Assembly: GCA_025454275.1 (NCBI GenBank)
Contig: JALOOS010000005.1
Coordinates: forward strand, 1 to 33,192
Length of the DNA stretch: 33,192 bases
Reading direction: 5' to 3'
From: Desulfobacterales bacterium
Lineage (GTDB): Bacteria; Desulfobacterota; Desulfobacteria; Desulfobacterales; SpSt-501
Shown piece by piece: positions 29,116 to 33,192 of this stretch; the first letter of the stretch is position 1, and the number at the start of each line of letters is the position of its first letter. The notes under the pieces are model-generated. The model was not told where the DNA came from. It saw nothing but the letters and a program-made list of their open reading frames with translations, and ran no database searches. The position numbers and the translations under genes are program-made.

Positions 29116-30284
29116 GTCGCCGGGCCTGTCTGCCGCAGGGCGGCGGCGATGGCGGGGATCTCGGATTCGTTGGGGGTGCGGAAGAGGTAGCGCACCCGGC
29201 CCATGATGTCCTGGTAGACCGCCGGGTTTTCGGCCGTCTCCACGAGCAGCGGCCCGTAGCGGGCGAGGATCTCCTCGTGGGAGAGGGTGTAAGCCTTATC
29301 GGTGCGGCCGATGTAGGCGACGGCGTATTTCTTCTCGCGCGGCAGCTCGACGGGCTTCCCCGTCACCATGCAGGCCCAGGCGCGGTAGAGGTCCCCGTCC
29401 ACGCTGAAGTTCATCATGTCCAGGATGGCTCCGCCGGGCGGGCGGCTGTTGATCTCCATGGGGAGATAGACGCCCCCGCGCTCGAAGAACTCGAAGTGGA
29501 AGAACTTGCGGCGGATGCCGAACGCGGCGACCAGGGCGGCGCCGATCGCGGGCAGCGCCTCCGGAATGCGGCGGCTGACATAGAAGTAAGGGTCCGTGCC
29601 GCGGGTGTATTCGATCAGCCCCTCGCCGTAGACCAGCGTGTTGCCGAAAAGGATCCGCCCCTGCCGGTCGGTGAGCCCGTCGTAAGTGACGATCGGGGCG
29701 TCGATGAACTCCTCCAGGAGATAGCCGGCGGGGAGCTCCGGGAACACCGTGCGCAGCGCCTCCGGGCTCTCGACCCGGTGGGTGCCGCCGGCGCCCACCC
29801 CCTCGTCCGGCTTGAGGATCACCGGGTAGCCGACCTCCGCGGCGAGGCGCAGGGCGTCGTCCAGCTCGGCCACCGGCCCGCCGCGGGCCGCGGGCAGGCC
29901 GAGGCTGCGGAAAACCTGCTTCATGAGCGATTTTTTCTTGATCGTCTCGGTTTCCTGGAGCGAGAGCCCGGGCACGCCGAAACGCTCGTTGAGGATCGCC
30001 TCCAGCCGCAGCCAGGTTTCGTTGTGCGATTCCACGAGGTCGAAGGTGCCCTCGTGTCCCAGGGCGTGCTTCGCCTCCAGCAGCTCTTCGACGGCGCGCA
30101 CCGCGCGCCGCCAGTTTTTGAGTTCGGTGCGCACATACCAGCGGATCGCGGCCCGCAGATCGGGGGCCATGGAGAAGAACTCGGTCTCCCCGATGGCCCA
30201 CACCCGTGCTCCCAGGGCGTCCGCCTGACGGATGAAGTGGGTGTAGTTGGGCGGGAACTCGGGTGAAATGTAGAGAATGTCCAT
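29112..30284 (-). CDS. ATP-grasp domain protein, paralogue A
   Basis: Start MDILYISPEFPPNY (ATG 30284); SHNETWL, PVILKPDEGVGA, YLLEEFI, FFHFEFF, MEINSRPPGG. ATGA overlap with the next gene. Confidence 0.88.
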   Translation of the reverse strand: MDILYISPEFPPNYTHFIRQADALGARVWAIGETEFFSMAPDLRAAIRWYVRTELKNWRRAVRAVEELLEAKHALGHEGTFDLVESHNETWLRLEAILNERFGVPGLSLQETETIKKKSLMKQVFRSLGLPAARGGPVAELDDALRLAAEVGYPVILKPDEGVGAGGTHRVESPEALRTVFPELPAGYLLEEFIDAPIVTYDGLTDRQGRILFGNTLVYGEGLIEYTRGTDPYFYVSRRIPEALPAIGAALVAAFGIRRKFFHFEFFERGGVYLPMEINSRPPGGAILDMMNFSVDGDLYRAWACMVTGKPVELPREKKYAVAYIGRTDKAYTLSHEEILARYGPLLVETAENPAVYQDIMGRVRYLFRTPNESEIPAIAAALRQTGPAT

Positions 30285-30328
30285 GGCCTCGTCTCCGGCC
30301 GGGTCGCACGCATCGGCCTCACCGGGCG

Positions 30329-30356
30329 ATTCTAAGACAGGCGCAGGAGGGGTCAA
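30329..30356 (-). promoter_or_regulatory. Putative sigma70 promoter of the ATP-grasp/esterase operon
   Basis: TTGACC-16 nt-TAGAAT, about 45 nt upstream of ATG 30284. Confidence 0.5.
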
Positions 30357-30374
30357 GCCCGGCGGCGGCGATTC

Positions 30375-32249
30375 TCAGGCGAGTTCGTCGAAACGGCAGG
30401 TGAGGGAGACCCCTTCCCCGTCGAAGGCGCTCTTCACCTTGTAGGGCAGGGTCTTGAAGAGCCGGATCATGGCCTGGTTGCCCGGGGTGGTGTAGGCGAT
30501 CAGGCCGAAGACCCCGTTTTCACGCGCCGCATCGGCCAGTTTGCGCAGGATGCGGCGCGCGATGCCCTTGCCCTGGTAGTTTTTGTTGACCGAGAAGGCC
30601 ACCTCGGCCATGTTCGTCCTGGGCAGGAGCATGCACTCGCCGACCGCCACCACGCGGCCGAAGCCGAATTCACCCACCAGGGCGAGCAGGGTCAGGTCCT
30701 TGACGTAGTCGATCTGGGAGCGGGACTCGACCTCCGTGCGCGGGAAGCTGGTCTTCTCGTGCATGAACCGCGAAAAGATATCGTCCTTGTCCAGGCTGTA
30801 GAAGTGCTCCTGGATCCGGCGCTCATCGACCGGCTTGGCGGGCCGGATGGTGACTTCCTCCCCCTCGACCGCCATGGTCTCTTCGAGCTTCACCGGGTAG
30901 ATGCCGCGCACCGCCTCGCCCAGGGTGCGCTCCGTGCCGATCAGGCCGAGCTCCTTGGCGTCGGCGAAGAGGCGCTCGCGGAAATCGGGGTGGGCGATGC
31001 TGATCATGCCCATCACCCGCTCCTGCAGGCTTTTCCCGAAGAGGTTGAAGATCCCGTATTCGGTGGCCACGTAGTGGACATCCGCGCGCGGCACGGCCAC
31101 GTTGGTGTTGTTGAGGAGCGGTACGATGGTGCTGGTTCGTCCGTCGTCCGCGGTCGAGAAGAGCATGATGATCGATTTGCCGCCGGGCGAGCGCTTGGCG
31201 CCCCGCACGAAGTCGACGATGCCGGAGGTCCCCGCGAAGAAGGTCAGGGCCGAGGCCTCCACCTCCACCTGGCCGGTCAGGTCCATGGTGCGGGCGACAT
31301 TCATGGAGACCATGCGGTGATGGCGCGAAATGATGAACGGGTCGTTGACGTAGTCGGAGGGGTGGAAGTCGACCGCCGGGTTGTTGTCCAGGAAGTCATA
31401 CAGGTTGCGGGAGCCGATCGCGGCCGAGGCGACGATCTTGCCCTCGTTGAAACCTTTCAAACGGTTCGTGATCACGCCCTGGGAGTAAAGGTGCATGATG
31501 TCGTCGGTGATGAACTGGGAGTGCACCCCCAGATCGTTTTTTTCGCTCAAGGCCTGGATGGTCGCCTGGGAGGCGGCGTCCAGGCCGATCTGCAGGGTCG
31601 AACCGTCTTCGATCAGCCTCGCGATCAGCGTGCCGATGCGCGCGGCGGTTTCCGAGGCCGAGCCCGGGGGGACGGTCATGAGATCCTCGTCGTGCTCGAC
31701 GATCAGATCCACGTCGTTGACGTGGATGAAACTCTGGCCGAGCACCCGCGGCATGTTCGAGTTCACCTGGGCGATGAGCAGGTCTGCGGAGAGGGCCGCG
31801 GCCCGGGTCACGTCGACCGAGATGCCGAGGCTCATCCAGCCGAAATCGTCGGGCGGCGAGGTCTGAACGAGCGCCACGTGGATCGGCAGCTTCTGGGAGG
31901 TGAAGAGGTCCGGGACCTCGGACATGTTCATCGGGGTGATGAAGCGCTTGTGACGGGCGATCGACTCGGCGTTGCTGGCGCCGAGATAGATGGTGCGGAT
32001 GTTCAGGGCGAAATCCTGGGTCTGGTCGGCGAGCGAGGAGAGGGCGGCGGTCTCCCGGCTCATCAGCCGCACCACCTCGAGCCCGCTCAGCTTCCCGGCG
32101 GACTCGAAAAGCGCCTGGACCAGGGCCTGGGGCTGGCCGCAGGCCGAACCGATGAAAACGCGCTGGCCGGGCCGGATCAGCCGCATGGCCTCGTCGGCGC
32201 GGCGGCGCTTTTCGAGATAGGCATCCGCCCAGTAGGTGGATTTCGGCAC
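30375..32249 (-). CDS. Acetyl-CoA hydrolase/transferase-family domain fused to a C-terminal GNAT acetyltransferase
   Basis: GTG start (PKSTYW) with GGAG SD; 624 aa. CoA-transferase motifs VFIGSACGQP, SPPDDFG, DGSTLQIG, DFVRGA, VATEYG. GNAT part IRPAKPVDE...AEVAFSV..YQGKGIA...NQAMIRLF. Confidence 0.9.
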   Translation of the reverse strand: MPKSTYWADAYLEKRRRADEAMRLIRPGQRVFIGSACGQPQALVQALFESAGKLSGLEVVRLMSRETAALSSLADQTQDFALNIRTIYLGASNAESIARHKRFITPMNMSEVPDLFTSQKLPIHVALVQTSPPDDFGWMSLGISVDVTRAAALSADLLIAQVNSNMPRVLGQSFIHVNDVDLIVEHDEDLMTVPPGSASETAARIGTLIARLIEDGSTLQIGLDAASQATIQALSEKNDLGVHSQFITDDIMHLYSQGVITNRLKGFNEGKIVASAAIGSRNLYDFLDNNPAVDFHPSDYVNDPFIISRHHRMVSMNVARTMDLTGQVEVEASALTFFAGTSGIVDFVRGAKRSPGGKSIIMLFSTADDGRTSTIVPLLNNTNVAVPRADVHYVATEYGIFNLFGKSLQERVMGMISIAHPDFRERLFADAKELGLIGTERTLGEAVRGIYPVKLEETMAVEGEEVTIRPAKPVDERRIQEHFYSLDKDDIFSRFMHEKTSFPRTEVESRSQIDYVKDLTLLALVGEFGFGRVVAVGECMLLPRTNMAEVAFSVNKNYQGKGIARRILRKLADAARENGVFGLIAYTTPGNQAMIRLFKTLPYKVKSAFDGEGVSLTCRFDELA

Positions 32250-32269
32250 GGCTCTTCTCCCGGTACGGT

Positions 32270-33192
32270 TTAAAATGGGGTAGGGGGGGTGCCGGTGTGC
32301 TGGATATCGGCCAGCAGGCGGCGGCACTGCTCGAAGGAGAGCCGGCGGACGAAGCCGATGGTCTCGATTTCGTTGCGGGTATGCGGATAGTCGCCCGGGG
32401 CGGGCACCATCTCCTCTTTGGCGAGCAGTTTGTTGTAAACCAGGGCGGCGGCGGCCAGATGGTCGTCGTGGAGGCTGCCCGGCCGCGCGGGGCAAAAAAG
32501 GTAGCGCAAAGTGAGGAGGTCGCCGGGGCCGAAGAGGTGAGCTCGCCCCGCATGGGTTCGATACACCGGTTCCAGGACGAAGCAGCGTGTCAGCCGGCTT
32601 CGCCCCGCAAGCCGCCGGCGCAGCTCCCTCCAGAGGGCCTGGTGGATCTCACCGGCTTCAATCAGCGTGCTCGTGTGCCCCGGAACGACCGCGGCAATGG
32701 CCGTTGCCCGGAGATCGTCCCGCAGCCGGAAGCGGTCGGCATCGGCCCGAGCGAAGCGTTTGACCGCCTCCAGGGTCTCGCCGAAGCTGCCTTCTGCGGC
32801 CGCTTCATAGAATTCCAGCAAACGGCCGGTGGCCACCCGCTCGGCGGCATAGACCGGGGCGAGGTCCGGATCGGCCGCCACGGCGGCGGGGGGCTCCCCG
32901 TCGGCCAGGCGCTCGTGGATCGCGACCAGCGCCTCCAGGAAGGGCTCCACCTGGAAGATGCGATGGCCCCGGCGGTGGAGGTCCCGGAGGAGACCGCACA
33001 GGCCGCGGCTGTATTCGGGATACTCCAGGTCGAGGGGCAGCAGGTAGTCTTCCACCGCAAGCTCCCCTTCAAGCATCGATGCCAGCCGCGGGTCCGGCGG
33101 CTCCTCCAGGACGATGGCCTCATGGCCGGAGGCGATCTCCGCCCAGAGGGGCAGGGTCTCGGGCCGGTGGGTCGAAAAGGCGACGGTGACGT
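32270..33192 (-). CDS. Hypothetical protein, 5' end beyond the window (weak TraB/ChaN-like motif pattern)
   Basis: Frame is open to the window edge (VTVAFSTHRPETL...IVLEEP...RLRDDLRA...IEAGEIH) with host-like codon bias. Confidence 0.7.
   Translation of the reverse strand, partial: VTVAFSTHRPETLPLWAEIASGHEAIVLEEPPDPRLASMLEGELAVEDYLLPLDLEYPEYSRGLCGLLRDLHRRGHRIFQVEPFLEALVAIHERLADGEPPAAVAADPDLAPVYAAERVATGRLLEFYEAAAEGSFGETLEAVKRFARADADRFRLRDDLRATAIAAVVPGHTSTLIEAGEIHQALWRELRRRLAGRSRLTRCFVLEPVYRTHAGRAHLFGPGDLLTLRYLFCPARPGSLHDDHLAAAALVYNKLLAKEEMVPAPGDYPHTRNEIETIGFVRRLSFEQCRRLLADIQHTGTPPTPF

Noticed and set aside
32270-32300. C-rich run at the 3' end of the last gene as a possible truncation
   Set aside because: No homologue is available to show that the C-terminus is abnormal.
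1-33192. CRISPR arrays, tRNA/rRNA, IS elements, prophage genes, in-frame Sec/Pyl recoding
   Set aside because: No spaced direct repeats, structural RNA signatures, transposase/integrase motifs or interrupted frames of that kind were seen.

Overview
GC-rich bacterial chromosomal segment. The gene content suggests a Desulfobacterota/deltaproteobacterium-like anaerobe, which is an inference. I found no rRNA, tRNA, CRISPR array or mobile element. From left to right: (1) a minus-strand operon of a KamA-family radical-SAM aminomutase, two D-Ala-D-Ala-ligase-like ATP-grasp enzymes and a >746-aa GNAT-deacetylase-GNAT fusion that runs off the window edge and is absent from the ORF track; (2) a CBM48 protein, DUF47 and a PiT phosphate transporter; (3) hsp20-lon; (4) epmA, a 32-aa Lys-rich ORF and an RRM RNA-binding protein gene with a terminator in its leader; (5) a YbhGFSR-like ABC exporter whose last permease is broken, and a MacAB/FtsX-like ABC exporter; (6) a MaoC dehydratase, a broken zupT preceded by a coupled 39-aa upstream ORF, and a hybrid sensor kinase; (7) an operon of two ATP-grasp paralogues plus a serine esterase; (8) an acetyl-CoA hydrolase/transferase-GNAT fusion with Gln at the catalytic Glu position, and a partial hypothetical gene. 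The best candidate for an undescribed system is the aminomutase/double-ligase/acetylase-deacetylase operon. All family assignments come from motif recognition by eye, not from database searches.
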